Shown in pieces: positions 1 through 10,189 of a stretch of 64,000 nucleotides of DNA. Position 1 is the first letter of the stretch, and each line of letters begins with the position of its first letter. Source of the stretch: Candidatus Hodarchaeota archaeon (GTDB taxonomy: Archaea; Asgardarchaeota; Lokiarchaeia; Sigyniarchaeales; SOKP01); the NCBI GenBank assembly GCA_048887225.1, contig JBHLJY010000002.1, forward strand, positions 32,001 to 96,000, in the 5' to 3' direction. Below the pieces are notes generated by a model that did no database searches, was not told the origin of the DNA, and saw nothing but the letters and a program-made list of their open reading frames with translations. The position numbers and the translations under genes were made by a program.

Positions 1-2
1 AA

Positions 3-461
3 AAAGTCTCCATTGTTGAACGATTTATTAATAGATTACTTTCTCCAGGATTTATTGCTGGAAAAATAAAAGGTCATAAGAGCTCTTACAATTCAGGAAA
101 AAAAAGTAAAATCATTAAAAGCGTTAAGACCGCATTTATATTAATAGAACATATTACTGGACAAAATCCAATCCAGGTGTTAGTAGACGCTTTAATCAAT
201 ACATCTCCAAGAGAAGAAACTACTAGAATTGCGATGGGCGGAATTTCCTATGCATCAGCTGTAGATATTGCTCCTCAACGAAGAGTCGATTTAGCCATTA
301 AATATTTAACTCAAGCAATTGCTGCTAGAAGTAGTGGAAGTTTAAAAAATTTTAAGGAAAATATATCACAAGAACTTATTATGGCGGCAAGAAACTCTCA
401 AGAATCAAGAGCGGTAAAAAGAAAAGATGAAATTGAAAGAATTGCCGTATCTGCACGATAA
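3..461 (+). CDS. rps7: 30S ribosomal protein uS7 (5'-truncated by window edge)
   Basis: Frame is open from base 3 (KVSIVERFINRL...GQNPIQVLVDALINTSPREETTRI...AVDIAPQRRVDLA...KRKDEIERIAVSAR), the archaeal/eukaryotic uS7 signature; the ORF-track start at 177 is internal. Confidence 0.95.
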   Translation, partial: KVSIVERFINRLLSPGFIAGKIKGHKSSYNSGKKSKIIKSVKTAFILIEHITGQNPIQVLVDALINTSPREETTRIAMGGISYASAVDIAPQRRVDLAIKYLTQAIAARSSGSLKNFKENISQELIMAARNSQESRAVKRKDEIERIAVSAR

Positions 462-598
462 ATTTTTTTAAAGTTTTTATCATCCCCCTCTTTCTGAATT
501 TTAATATCACCCATATATTATCAGAATTTGTTTATATTTATATACTTGTTAACCTTATTATTTATCATAAAGATTTAAGTAATTCTAATAACAGAGAG

Positions 599-2581
599 AT
601 GAGTGCCGACAAAAATAACAAAAATAACAAAAATTTTGAAAAAATATTAAAAACATTAGGTCAACGGATTAGAATAGATATTTTAAAGAAGTTAAAAAAA
701 AATGAATCTTTATTAACTTTTTCTACGCTTCAAAAAGAAATTTTAGAAACGAATCAAAATTCTGTCAATTTTTCTTACCATTTGAAAGCATTGGAAAAAG
801 TTGGTTTAATTTCATCTTCTGATAAAGGATATTTTATTACTTTACTTGGTAAGAAGATCTTAAAAATAATTTTATCAATGAAACAGTTTATAGATGATCA
901 AAACAAGGTTAAAATGATTAGGACCTCAAAATATTCTAAAGAAGTTTTTGATTTTAAAACGATTATAAATTATTTGATTAAAGAAGGCGAATTAGATCAA
1001 AATTTAGCTAAAGACATTGCCAATGAAGTTAAAGAACGCCTTTCTAAGACAAAAATCGAATATATGACAGCGCCTTTAATGCGTGAATATATAAACGCAA
1101 TACTTTTAGAAAAAGGCTTAGAACATGTGAGGCATAGATTAACGCGATTAGGGACTCCTCCATATGAAGCATTAAAATTATTTAAAAATAAAGAAATCTC
1201 TCCAGAAAGATTCATCCAAATATCAGGTTCAGATGTTTCGGAGCAATTTTTATTATTAAATCTGTTGCCTAATCACTTGGCTGATCTCTATTTATCAGGA
1301 GAAATAGCTTTATGTAATCTTAACTATTGGAGTTTAAGACCATTAAGCATATACCTCAATACAAAGAGTCTCATATCTCGTTTATTTAATAAATTTTCAA
1401 TAAAATTAAAAAATTCAAGAGATTATATTAAATTAATTTTAAACTTCGGTGAATTGGTATCTGCCTTTAAACCATATATTTCTGAAGATCTACTCTTGGG
1501 CAGTTTTAATAAACATTTTCTCTCTCTATTTCGTAATAAAAAGCATGCAAATTTCTTGATTAATATTTTGACCTCAAAATTTTTAAAATATAGTAATAGT
1601 TATGGAGATGGACGATCACACATATCATTGGAATTTTGTTATAAAAACAAAAAAGGTTTAAAAGATAAAAATTTACCTAATTTTCAAACTGATAAAATTT
1701 TCATTAAAAATATTGAGAACGAAACAAATTTAGATAGTTTTCAGATAATTCCATTGATTTTATTTGATTATACACAATCAGGGATAGAAGATTTCATTTT
1801 AAGTGAAATTAATCCAACTGTAACAAAAAATAATATTACATTTTATAACGCTAACAAATCACATTTACTTAATTCAACTGTTATTAGAATTAAAAATTCT
1901 GACGAAAATGAATTTTTAAAGGTAAGAATTATTTTAGACAAGGTTTTGATTAATTTACATTTAATTTCATTAGAGGCAAATCAAAATGACGATTCTTTTT
2001 GTGATATATTACAAGATAGATTAAATTCCGTATTTGAATTTTTTAAATATAAAGAATACTTGATTAAAAAGAAATTGAATTCGTTAAAAAAATGGGAAAT
2101 GTTAATATCTCATTTTTTAGGGGCAGATTTTAGAAATTGGAGTAAAAATTCGTTAAAGTCAGTTAGTTTCCTTGGATTAAATGAAGCTATTACAAATCAT
2201 TGTGGTATTGAGCTCGATAGAATAGAAACAAGTCAATCTTTTGCCTTAAAAATTTTATCTCTTTTGAACGAACAAATTAAAGAAAAAAACGAAAATGAAA
2301 ATGAATGCTATATTTTAAGCCAGCCTCATAGTGATAAATATTTCGAAAGAAATAATAGAATAAAGGAATTAAATAAGAGAAGAAATTTTTATTCACCCAG
2401 AATAATAAGAAAACATTCAAAATTATCTTTAGAGAAAAAAATTTCAATTTTCAAAAAATTTGAGAAAATAATTGAAGGGGGAATTATATTCAATAATTCA
2501 GTTAATTCTGATAATGCATTATTTAAAAAGAATTTAAAAATTTTAACACAATCTAAGATAAATGCATTTTTAATTGATTAA
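599..2581 (+). CDS. ArsR-type winged helix + ATP-cone + degenerate class III ribonucleotide reductase (NrdD)-like domain; probable regulator/pseudoenzyme
   Basis: N-terminal RIDILKKL..FSTLQ..NFSYHLKALEKVGLI..YFITLLG (wHTH); MIRTS..EVFD..AKDIANEV..TAPLMREYINAILLEKG..RLTRLG (ATP-cone/NrdD N-terminus); ADLYLSGEI resembles NrdD ADAHLSGDIH; no C-terminal Zn ribbon or RxxGY glycyl-radical motif. Confidence 0.7.
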   Translation: MSADKNNKNNKNFEKILKTLGQRIRIDILKKLKKNESLLTFSTLQKEILETNQNSVNFSYHLKALEKVGLISSSDKGYFITLLGKKILKIILSMKQFIDDQNKVKMIRTSKYSKEVFDFKTIINYLIKEGELDQNLAKDIANEVKERLSKTKIEYMTAPLMREYINAILLEKGLEHVRHRLTRLGTPPYEALKLFKNKEISPERFIQISGSDVSEQFLLLNLLPNHLADLYLSGEIALCNLNYWSLRPLSIYLNTKSLISRLFNKFSIKLKNSRDYIKLILNFGELVSAFKPYISEDLLLGSFNKHFLSLFRNKKHANFLINILTSKFLKYSNSYGDGRSHISLEFCYKNKKGLKDKNLPNFQTDKIFIKNIENETNLDSFQIIPLILFDYTQSGIEDFILSEINPTVTKNNITFYNANKSHLLNSTVIRIKNSDENEFLKVRIILDKVLINLHLISLEANQNDDSFCDILQDRLNSVFEFFKYKEYLIKKKLNSLKKWEMLISHFLGADFRNWSKNSLKSVSFLGLNEAITNHCGIELDRIETSQSFALKILSLLNEQIKEKNENENECYILSQPHSDKYFERNNRIKELNKRRNFYSPRIIRKHSKLSLEKKISIFKKFEKIIEGGIIFNNSVNSDNALFKKNLKILTQSKINAFLID

Positions 2582-3495
2582 TCAGCAAGTAATTCTGTTA
2601 AAATTGCCTTTCTCATTTTCAAACCGTAAAAAGTCTGTTTGAAGTATATTGCCTTTCTTGAATTATCTACATCCGCAGAAATTTCTGTAATTCTCGGGAG
2701 AGGATGCATAAGAATAAATGTATTCTTGGTATTTTTAAGATCTTCTTGTTTAAAAATATAGACATTTTTAACTTTTTCGTATTCTTCCACATCAACAAAT
2801 CTTTCTCTTTGAATTCGCGTCATATAAAGCACATCAAATATATCTAACAAACTCTTATATTGAACTACTTCTTTAAATTTGAGTTGCCGCTGAATTAAAA
2901 ATTCTTTTTCTTGGGCCCTTATTGTTAATTCCTTCGGACTTATAAAATAAATGTTTACATCGAAATTTGACAATAAAATCGATAGAGAATGTACTGTTCT
3001 CCCGTATTTTAAATCTCCCATTATACCAATATTTAATCCATCCAAGGTTCCACATTCTTCTTTAATAGTCAATAAATCCAATAACGCTTGAGAGGGGTGT
3101 TCACCGCTACCTGAACCTGCGTTAATAATAGGAATTTTAGCAAATCTAGAGGCTAATTTAGCTGCCCCTTCCATTGAATGTCTTATAACTATACAATCGC
3201 AATAATTTTCCACGGTCCTTATAGTGTCAGCAAGGCTTTCACCTTTTTTAATTGAAGATACTTCTCCTGATTGAAAACCAATTACATTTCCTCCTAATCT
3301 ATACATAGCAGATTCAAAACTAAGCCGAGTACGAGTAGATGGCTCGAAAAACAATGTGGCAAGTATTTTTCCTTTGAGAATATTCGAATTTGTAGCATTA
3401 ATCATTTCTTTACCTTTTTTCAAGATATATTCAATATCTTCTCTATTAAATTGTTTAGCACTTATTATACCTTCGCTAAATTTCTCTTTAAACAT
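2578..3495 (-). CDS. pyrB: Aspartate carbamoyltransferase catalytic subunit
   Basis: FFEPSTRTRLSFE, HPSQALLD, GDLKYGRTVHSL, YMTRIQRER, MHPLPR motifs. Confidence 0.97.
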   Translation of the reverse strand: MFKEKFSEGIISAKQFNREDIEYILKKGKEMINATNSNILKGKILATLFFEPSTRTRLSFESAMYRLGGNVIGFQSGEVSSIKKGESLADTIRTVENYCDCIVIRHSMEGAAKLASRFAKIPIINAGSGSGEHPSQALLDLLTIKEECGTLDGLNIGIMGDLKYGRTVHSLSILLSNFDVNIYFISPKELTIRAQEKEFLIQRQLKFKEVVQYKSLLDIFDVLYMTRIQRERFVDVEEYEKVKNVYIFKQEDLKNTKNTFILMHPLPRITEISADVDNSRKAIYFKQTFYGLKMRKAILTELLAD

Positions 3496-3794
3496 ATATA
3501 CTCTTTTCCAAAGGTTTTTATTTAAATTATGTAAAAATTGCTTAAATTATTTGTTATTAATCTTTTTATTTTTCATAGTTGACCATGTTTTAATATATAT
3601 TGGATAGCCTCTTTTTACGATTTTCTATTTTCTCGCATGAGTGTTGCGATTATTCTAATGATCGGTGCTTTTTTGGGATATTTAACACTCAAAAGTAGAG
3701 AAGCGCAAAATACGTTTACAGAATGCGAAATAAATAAAATTTAAAATTTATGATTTATTAACTAATTCATTATTTTAATTTCGGTATGTAAAAA

Positions 3795-4076
3795 TTGAAG
3801 TACCCAAGATCTGTGAATAGATATTGTCCTTACTGTCGAAAACATGTAAAGCACAATGTGAGTATCTATAAAAAAGGGAAAGAAAGTATGTTAGCCCATG
3901 GAAAGAGGAGATTTGAAAAAAAGAAGAAAGGTTATGGTTCTTTTCCTAAAGAAATTTTTCATCGAAATGCAAAGATAAACAAAAAGACAACACCAATACT
4001 TGAATGCAGTGAATGTGGTAAGAAGCAATATGCTAAGTCCTACCGTGTTAAAAGACTTGAATTACAAGAAGTTTAA
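3795..4076 (+). CDS. rpl44e: 50S ribosomal protein eL42 (L44e)
   Basis: YCPYCRKH...GKRRFEKKKKGYG...LECSECGK zinc-binding pattern; TTG start. Confidence 0.93.
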   Translation: MKYPRSVNRYCPYCRKHVKHNVSIYKKGKESMLAHGKRRFEKKKKGYGSFPKEIFHRNAKINKKTTPILECSECGKKQYAKSYRVKRLELQEV

Positions 4077-4101
4077 TTAAAAGTTTGGGAGCAAAGTCGT
4101 T

Positions 4102-4308
4102 ATGGGAAGGAAAAAAAAACCAAAAGAACTAATTCCACAACCTAAGAGCCGATTTTTAAGAGTTAAGTGCTTGAATTGTGGAAATATCCAAATAATTTTC
4201 GGCTGTTCAGCTACAGACGTTGAATGCTTAGTCTGTGGAAAAACACTGCTCCAATCTACTGGTGGCAAGGCTCGAATTCTTACAAAGATATTAGAGGTCC
4301 TTTCCTAA
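4102..4308 (+). CDS. rps27e: 30S ribosomal protein eS27
   Basis: [20 protein letters not shown]...[16 protein letters not shown]. Confidence 0.95.
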   Translation: MGRKKKPKELIPQPKSRFLRVKCLNCGNIQIIFGCSATDVECLVCGKTLLQSTGGKARILTKILEVLS

Positions 4309-4335
4309 AAACTAGCCCTTTTTTTTCGTTTTTAT

Positions 4336-4653
4336 TCATTCAAGATCTTTTTTCAGTTCATACAATTTTTGATAATAATCAAAGTTCAATTTATTCATAT
4401 CTTGGATAATATCAGCTTTTAGTACTTTTTCACCACTTGTAATTATAATTAAATTCCCAATTACATTGATTAAATCATTTTCTTTAAAATTATATTCTAC
4501 ATCTTCAATATTCGCTTTGATTTGACCAGTTTTATCGTCTAAAACTATATATTGGTCATCAATAATATTTTTAATGTAACCAGTAATTTGGATTCGAACA
4601 TCATCGTTTTTTACATCTCTTATTATTCTCTGTTTCGCATATTGACTTTCCAT
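4336..4653 (-). CDS. Single OB-fold protein, RPA small-subunit-like
   Basis: RIQITGYI..IVLDDKTGQI...DLINVIG...KADIIQDM..LNFDYY OB-fold pattern; next to PCNA. Confidence 0.65.
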   Translation of the reverse strand: MESQYAKQRIIRDVKNDDVRIQITGYIKNIIDDQYIVLDDKTGQIKANIEDVEYNFKENDLINVIGNLIIITSGEKVLKADIIQDMNKLNFDYYQKLYELKKDLE

Positions 4654-4821
4654 TTAATATAACGTCCTTAAAATGTTATAAAAGATATGTTTTTTAGAAT
4701 TTTAGACGAATATAAATAATTAATTCAATAAGTAAAAATTTGCTATTTGTTCGAGAAATAAAATTAGGTATTATTAAATCAATAATATTAAATTTAATAA
4801 AGAAAGGCAATAAAACATTAT

Positions 4822-4882
4822 TAATATATTGTATTAATATAAAGCAATCAGTAATATATTGTATTAATATAAAGCAATCAGT
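4822..4882. repeat. Perfect 30-bp tandem duplication upstream of PCNA
   Basis: taatatattgtattaatataaagcaatcag at 4822-4851 and 4852-4881. Confidence 0.95.
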
Positions 4883-4907
4883 TTTTAAATAAAAGAGCTA
4901 ATGATAT

Positions 4908-5711
4908 ATGAGTTTTACTTTAAAATTAGAAAATAGTCGCATTTTGAAAGGCATAGTAGAGACTCTTGCCAGTATTATTGATGAAACTGAGTTTAGAGTA
5001 ACGCCTAAAGAATTCACAATTTCGGCAATGGATCCAAGTCGAATTTGTTTGTTAAAACTATCTATCAAAAAAGGAGATTTTGATGAGTATAAATGTAGTA
5101 AAGATTCTAAAGTAGGATTAAATTTAGATGATTTGGATAAGATTTTGAAAAGAAGCGCTGCTAATGATTCAGTGGAAATTGATTTTAACGACAAAGACCA
5201 AAAGATCAGAATTAAAATGCAAAGAGAGGGGACTACACGCATTCGAACGTTTAGCTTGGCACAATTAGATATCGATATGGAAGAGATTCCAATGGATAAT
5301 TTATTAAATATTGAATATCCCTCAAAATGGGTAATAGATCCAGATTTTTTAGTTGAGGCGATAAAAGACGCTGAAATATATTCTGAAATTTTAAATATGA
5401 AATCAATTGAAGATCAAGGATTAATTTTTAGTTCATCTGGACAAATAGGAGAGATGAATTATGAGCTTGAACTTGATGAACTGATTGAATCGGATATTAA
5501 TGGCACTAGTAATGGTGCTTATTCTCTAACTTTCTTAAAAGCTATATTAAAAATAGCTTCAATCACGGAAAAATTAGAGATTTCGTTAAAGACAGATCAT
5601 CCATTAAAAATGATATTTAATTTACTTGAGGGTGGCGAATTATTTTATTTTCTTGCGCCACGTGTCGAAGAAGCTGAATTCGACGAAGATGAGGATATGG
5701 ATGAATTTTAA
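4908..5711 (+). CDS. pcn: DNA polymerase sliding clamp (PCNA)
   Basis: AMDPSRICL, GLNLDDLDKILKR, YSLTFL, DHPLKM, FLAPRVE; acidic tail. Confidence 0.97.
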   Translation: MSFTLKLENSRILKGIVETLASIIDETEFRVTPKEFTISAMDPSRICLLKLSIKKGDFDEYKCSKDSKVGLNLDDLDKILKRSAANDSVEIDFNDKDQKIRIKMQREGTTRIRTFSLAQLDIDMEEIPMDNLLNIEYPSKWVIDPDFLVEAIKDAEIYSEILNMKSIEDQGLIFSSSGQIGEMNYELELDELIESDINGTSNGAYSLTFLKAILKIASITEKLEISLKTDHPLKMIFNLLEGGELFYFLAPRVEEAEFDEDEDMDEF

Positions 5712-5785
5712 TTAATTTTAGCTCAACTTTTTTTAGTTGTCAATTTGAAAAATAGATGTAAAAAATTAGTTTTTTTTAATAATGA

Positions 5786-6589
5786 CTAAAGTCCTGCTTC
5801 TTTAATAGCTTCATTTACTTCATAGTCCTTATTTACAATTAAATATAAGGCTCTTACTGCTTTGGTTGGATCTTCAGCCTGGAAAACATTTCTCCCATAA
5901 GCTACACCTGCTCCTCCTACTTCTATTGATTGCTTGGTTATTTCCAAAATCCCTTTAATCCCTGTTTTTTCTCCCCCTGCTATTATTACTGGAGCCATAC
6001 ATCCCTCAATTACTTCTTTAAAAGAATCAGGATCACCGGTCCAGTTTGTTTTTACAATGTCGGCTCCTAATTCAGCGGCAACTCTGGCAGCAATCTTAAC
6101 CGCCTCAACATCATACTCATCTTCTATATTTTCTCCTCTCGGATACATCATAGCTAATAGTGGCATACCATACTCTCTACATTCTCTAGAAACTTTTCCT
6201 AATGTTTCAAGCATTTCTGGATCTGATTTTGTCCCAATATTTATATGAATTGATACCCCATCAGCACCTAATTTAACCGCTTCTAAAACAGTATTTACTA
6301 AAACTTTATAATTTGATTCAGGGCTTAATGAAGTTGAGCCTGACAGATGTAAAATCAATCCTATATCCGGTCCATAACCTCTGTGGGCATATAAAGGGAT
6401 TCCAATATGTCCTAAAACGGCATTTGCTCCCCCTAAAGCGATTTTATTTACCATTTCTCCTAAATTTTTCTCAATGCCTTTTATAGGTCCTGCAGTTAAT
6501 CCATGATCCATAGGAACGATTATAGTTTTATGATTTTCTCTGTTCACGATTCTTTCCATTCTAATCTTTTTACCAATATATCCTGACAT
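5786..6589 (-). CDS. DhnA-family class I aldolase, probably 2-amino-3,7-dideoxy-D-threo-hept-6-ulosonate synthase (AroA'-like)
   Basis: GKKIRMERI..KTIIVPMDHG, LAMMYPRG, AAELGADIVKT, PVIIAGG, GVAYGRNVFQ; likely start is the ATG at 6589. Confidence 0.85.
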   Translation of the reverse strand: MSGYIGKKIRMERIVNRENHKTIIVPMDHGLTAGPIKGIEKNLGEMVNKIALGGANAVLGHIGIPLYAHRGYGPDIGLILHLSGSTSLSPESNYKVLVNTVLEAVKLGADGVSIHINIGTKSDPEMLETLGKVSRECREYGMPLLAMMYPRGENIEDEYDVEAVKIAARVAAELGADIVKTNWTGDPDSFKEVIEGCMAPVIIAGGEKTGIKGILEITKQSIEVGGAGVAYGRNVFQAEDPTKAVRALYLIVNKDYEVNEAIKEAGL

Positions 6590-6731
6590 TTTTCCATCCA
6601 ACCTTAATTTTTGACAATTATTCAAATATAACTTTAATTTAAAAGATGGTTCACGGTTTTTTTAATTCTCTTCTACATTAAATCTTGAACTATATGATAT
6701 TGATGTGTAAATAATAATTATTAATAAATCA

Positions 6732-7994
6732 ATGTGCTCTATGTTTATTAAAATATTAGTTTATCAAATATATTATATCAATAATAATAGAGAATTTAAC
6801 ACCTTGAGTAATACAATTGAATTAATTTATCATTATCCTTGGCTTCCGTCCTTAAATGAATTTTTTTCCGATATTGCTAATAAACCACCTTCAGAGTTTA
6901 TTTCGATGATTTTCTCTGAAACTCTTAGTGAAGACATTCAAGAAAGAATAATACATATTTTTAAAGCTGCTTTTGATAATTTGGAAAATATATCCTATTA
7001 TAAGCCCGATAAAGTTAATATATACGTGTATTTAATCCTGAAAATCTTGTTATTTATTTTAGATAACAAAATTATCACAAATAAAATCGCTAACTTATAT
7101 TCAAAAATGAACTATAACAATCTAATTCAAGAGAATGATTACAACATTTTTTCTATCTGTGAAGATTTAAAATTTGACCTCCGTTTTAATATGGAACCAA
7201 TGGAGTATGGTGTAAATATATATAAGGACCAAAAAGAGATACTTAAAACTAATTTTCGAATTCATTATACAGATTATTTAAAGCTAGCTTCTAGATTGCG
7301 CGACGAATATCGTAAATTAGTAAATAATGCTCTATCCAAAGGATATGTTTTTATTCAAAAGGGAAGGTTGATTCGTCTTATCCAAGAATACATTCGCGAT
7401 AAAATTGAAGTGGAAGAAAATAAAGCTTCATTAAAATTCTTTAAAAAGGATTTTTTGAATATACCAGAATTTAAAGAATTATATGAAAATATTTTAAACC
7501 AATGGGAACTTAAGAGAGAAGAATTTGAGTATTATTTTGAAATTGGTTTTAAAGATGGATCTGATTTTTCAAATTCTTTTCCCCCATGTATAAATGAAAT
7601 CCTTTCAAAGGCCAAAGAAGGTCAAAATTTGATTCATATAGAAAGGTTATTTTTAGTATTTTTTTTACATGCTCTTAACTACCCTGTTGATAAAATTATT
7701 GATATATTTATATCTATGCCGGATTTTAATAGAGAAAAGACAACTTATCAAGTTAATTTTGCTAAAAAAAAAGGGTATACTCCACATAAATGTACCACTC
7801 TAAAATCATTAAATTTATGTATGGCCGCTAAATACAAAGATGATATCTGTTTAAATGGATATTATTCAACAAAAGCGGATGCTCAAAAAAAGATTAGACA
7901 CCCACTATTTTATATACAATTAAAGCAATTTCGAGCTTCTAAAATAGAGAATTTTGCGAAAAATCAATTAAAAAAAGAAAATGAGCTCAAATAA
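6732..7994 (+). CDS. priL: DNA primase large subunit
   Basis: YPWL, LVNNALSKGYV, FPPCI..HIERLFL..PDFNREKTTYQV..YTPHKCTTLKSLNLC...HPL Fe-S domain; start uncertain. Confidence 0.92.
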   Translation: MCSMFIKILVYQIYYINNNREFNTLSNTIELIYHYPWLPSLNEFFSDIANKPPSEFISMIFSETLSEDIQERIIHIFKAAFDNLENISYYKPDKVNIYVYLILKILLFILDNKIITNKIANLYSKMNYNNLIQENDYNIFSICEDLKFDLRFNMEPMEYGVNIYKDQKEILKTNFRIHYTDYLKLASRLRDEYRKLVNNALSKGYVFIQKGRLIRLIQEYIRDKIEVEENKASLKFFKKDFLNIPEFKELYENILNQWELKREEFEYYFEIGFKDGSDFSNSFPPCINEILSKAKEGQNLIHIERLFLVFFLHALNYPVDKIIDIFISMPDFNREKTTYQVNFAKKKGYTPHKCTTLKSLNLCMAAKYKDDICLNGYYSTKADAQKKIRHPLFYIQLKQFRASKIENFAKNQLKKENELK

Positions 7995-9231
7995 GTTCTT
8001 AAAAAAGCTGTTTCAAGCATATTATAGTGAAAAAAAGGCTGATATTCCTATTGTTGATTTGTTAGAACATCGGGAATTCGGATTCCTGTATTGGGACAAA
8101 CTAGGAATGATGAGACATATAGGTTTTAATAATGGTGAAAATTTAAAGAATTATTTAATTAATAATGGTCCTAAACATGTATATTCGAGTGGTTCTTTAT
8201 ATATAGAACCAGATCATCCAAATATGGATAAAAAACAGTATCAAGGTTGCGATTTGATAATTGATATTGATGTTGATCATTTTGAAACACCTTGTAAAAA
8301 TGATCACGACTATTGGTACTGTAAAGAGTGTGGGAAAAGTGGAAGAGGGATGGTACATAAATGTCCTGAGTGTGGCAAACTTAAGATAAAAAATTTAAAT
8401 TGGATTTGTGATATTTGTTTAGATATCGCTAAAAAAGAAATAATTAAATTAATTTACGATTTTCTATTTCCGGATTTTGGGATTAGCGAAAAAGATTTAA
8501 AAATAGCATTTTCAGGACATCGTGGTTATCACTTAAAGATCGAAAATAAAAAAATGAGGGTATTGTCAAGTGAGGAAAGAAGAGAAATTGCGGATTATCT
8601 TACTGGAGATAATATTTCTTTTGAAATTTTAGGTCTTAAAAATTTAAGCTTAAATATAAGTCTGTTAAAAAATAATATAGGCTGGTCTAAAAAAATTGTG
8701 TCAAAAATTGAAGAAATTTTAAAAAATTATTCTAACAATACTATAATTCAACTCTTTAGCAGTAAACAATTTGGATTGAATGATAAGACCATTGAATACA
8801 TATTAAATAATAAACAAAATTTTTTACAGACTTTATGGAATATAGATGGTTTCGGTCTAAAATCATGGGAAAAATTTCTAAATGGGATAATCAAAGAGGT
8901 TGGTATTGAAATTGATGAACCGGTTATAATCGATATTCACAGACTTATTAGATATCCTGGGACTTTACACGGTAAAACCGGATTTAAAGTTCAAGAATTG
9001 AAACTGCTAGAGCTTGAAACCTTTAAGCCCCTTAATGAAAATAACAAAAGTCTAGATCCAATAGTATTCTATAGTGATATCACACAAAAAATAGAGATTG
9101 TAGAGTCTAATATACCTGCCACTAAAATAAAGGGGCAAACTTTTGGTCCTTATGATAAAGGAGATCTAGTTGAGGTACCTAATCATATAGCTGTATTTTT
9201 GCTTTGTAAAGAAGTTGCTAAATTTGTATAA
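7981..9231 (+). CDS. priS: DNA primase small (catalytic) subunit
   Basis: REFGF, DIDVD, FSGHRGYH, IDEPVIIDIHRLIRYPGTLHGKTG; Cys-rich zinc insertion. Confidence 0.95.
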   Translation: MSSNKFLKKLFQAYYSEKKADIPIVDLLEHREFGFLYWDKLGMMRHIGFNNGENLKNYLINNGPKHVYSSGSLYIEPDHPNMDKKQYQGCDLIIDIDVDHFETPCKNDHDYWYCKECGKSGRGMVHKCPECGKLKIKNLNWICDICLDIAKKEIIKLIYDFLFPDFGISEKDLKIAFSGHRGYHLKIENKKMRVLSSEERREIADYLTGDNISFEILGLKNLSLNISLLKNNIGWSKKIVSKIEEILKNYSNNTIIQLFSSKQFGLNDKTIEYILNNKQNFLQTLWNIDGFGLKSWEKFLNGIIKEVGIEIDEPVIIDIHRLIRYPGTLHGKTGFKVQELKLLELETFKPLNENNKSLDPIVFYSDITQKIEIVESNIPATKIKGQTFGPYDKGDLVEVPNHIAVFLLCKEVAKFV

Positions 9232-9260
9232 GTTAATAATAAATTTATTCTATACCTCTT

Positions 9261-9977
9261 ATGCATAATAAAAATAAATTTTCTCTATTTATGGATATTA
9301 AAAACGAATACGAGAAGCTATATCAATATTGGCTTAAGGAATTTAAGAATAAAGATTTAACTCTTGTAACTAAAGAATTATTTACCGAATTTAAAAGAAA
9401 TTTTCAAATTCTTAATGATCCATTATTAAATGAAGAAAATTACAGAGAAAATAAAAAAATAAAATCTCAGATAGTAGACTCTTATCGAGAAAATTTTAAA
9501 TTTCTATTTAACGACTTTTTAAAGATTCGCGAAATAAAAATTATAAATTCTGCGTTAGCTTTACAAGAAATTAATCTTGATCATCTTTTACAAGCTGAGA
9601 AATTATTTTATCGAAATTTAGTAAGCGATATTAAAGGATATAAAAAAGTTAAAGCTATGTCGATTTACGAAGAAGTTAAAGAAGAAGAGATTGAAAGTTT
9701 GTTTGAATTGAAGGAAAAAGGAAAAATTGAAACTAGTAAAGATGTTGAATCTTATAAAATAAGTGATGTTGAAGATATTAAAAAAAATTTGAAAACCAAA
9801 AGTGGTGATTTCGATTATGTTTTAATCAGATTTTTAAAAAAAACTCCTCCTTTAGTTGGTATTGACCTCATTAATTATGGGCCATTCCAAAAAGAAGATA
9901 TTGCTTATATGCCTTCAAAAAACGCAAAAATACTTCTCAATGAAAAATTTGCTGAAAAAATCGAACCTACTAGTTGA
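9261..9977 (+). CDS. GINS complex subunit (Gins15-type)
   Basis: Helical A-domain (LKIREIKII) followed by B-domain IRFLKKTPPLVGIDLINYGPFQKEDIAYMPSKNAKIL; follows priS. Confidence 0.85.
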   Translation: MHNKNKFSLFMDIKNEYEKLYQYWLKEFKNKDLTLVTKELFTEFKRNFQILNDPLLNEENYRENKKIKSQIVDSYRENFKFLFNDFLKIREIKIINSALALQEINLDHLLQAEKLFYRNLVSDIKGYKKVKAMSIYEEVKEEEIESLFELKEKGKIETSKDVESYKISDVEDIKKNLKTKSGDFDYVLIRFLKKTPPLVGIDLINYGPFQKEDIAYMPSKNAKILLNEKFAEKIEPTS

Positions 9978-10155
9978 ATTTTTTCTTAAATTCTTCTTTA
10001 AAATATTTCAATCGATATTTTCCATATTTATCTATTAATGAAAATTTTGGTGGTTTTGGATTTATCAATTCACCTCCACAGTATCTACATTTTAAATTTG
10101 GATTAATCAATCCATATTTACTACAATTCTTACATTTTTGAAGGTATTTTGTCAT
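9970..10155 (-). CDS. nop10: H/ACA RNP protein Nop10
   Basis: KCKNCSKYGL...CRYCGG..PKPPKFSLIDKYGKYR. Confidence 0.92.
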   Translation of the reverse strand: MTKYLQKCKNCSKYGLINPNLKCRYCGGELINPKPPKFSLIDKYGKYRLKYFKEEFKKKFN

Positions 10156-10189
10156 TTTATAAAATTAAAGTGAAATTATACTAATTAAT

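Noticed and set aside
3540-3745. Possible decayed small membrane gene between pyrB and rpl44e
   Set aside because: Only short hydrophobic fragments in different frames, which is expected by chance in T-rich DNA.
6682-6698. atcttgaacta, matching the reverse complement of part of the repeat core; also atatcacccata near 504
   Set aside because: Matches of only 11-12 nt in very AT-rich sequence, with no flanking similarity to the module.
8290-8420. Cys-rich insertion in PriS as a novelty
   Set aside because: Zinc-binding insertions at this position are common in archaeal and eukaryotic PriS.
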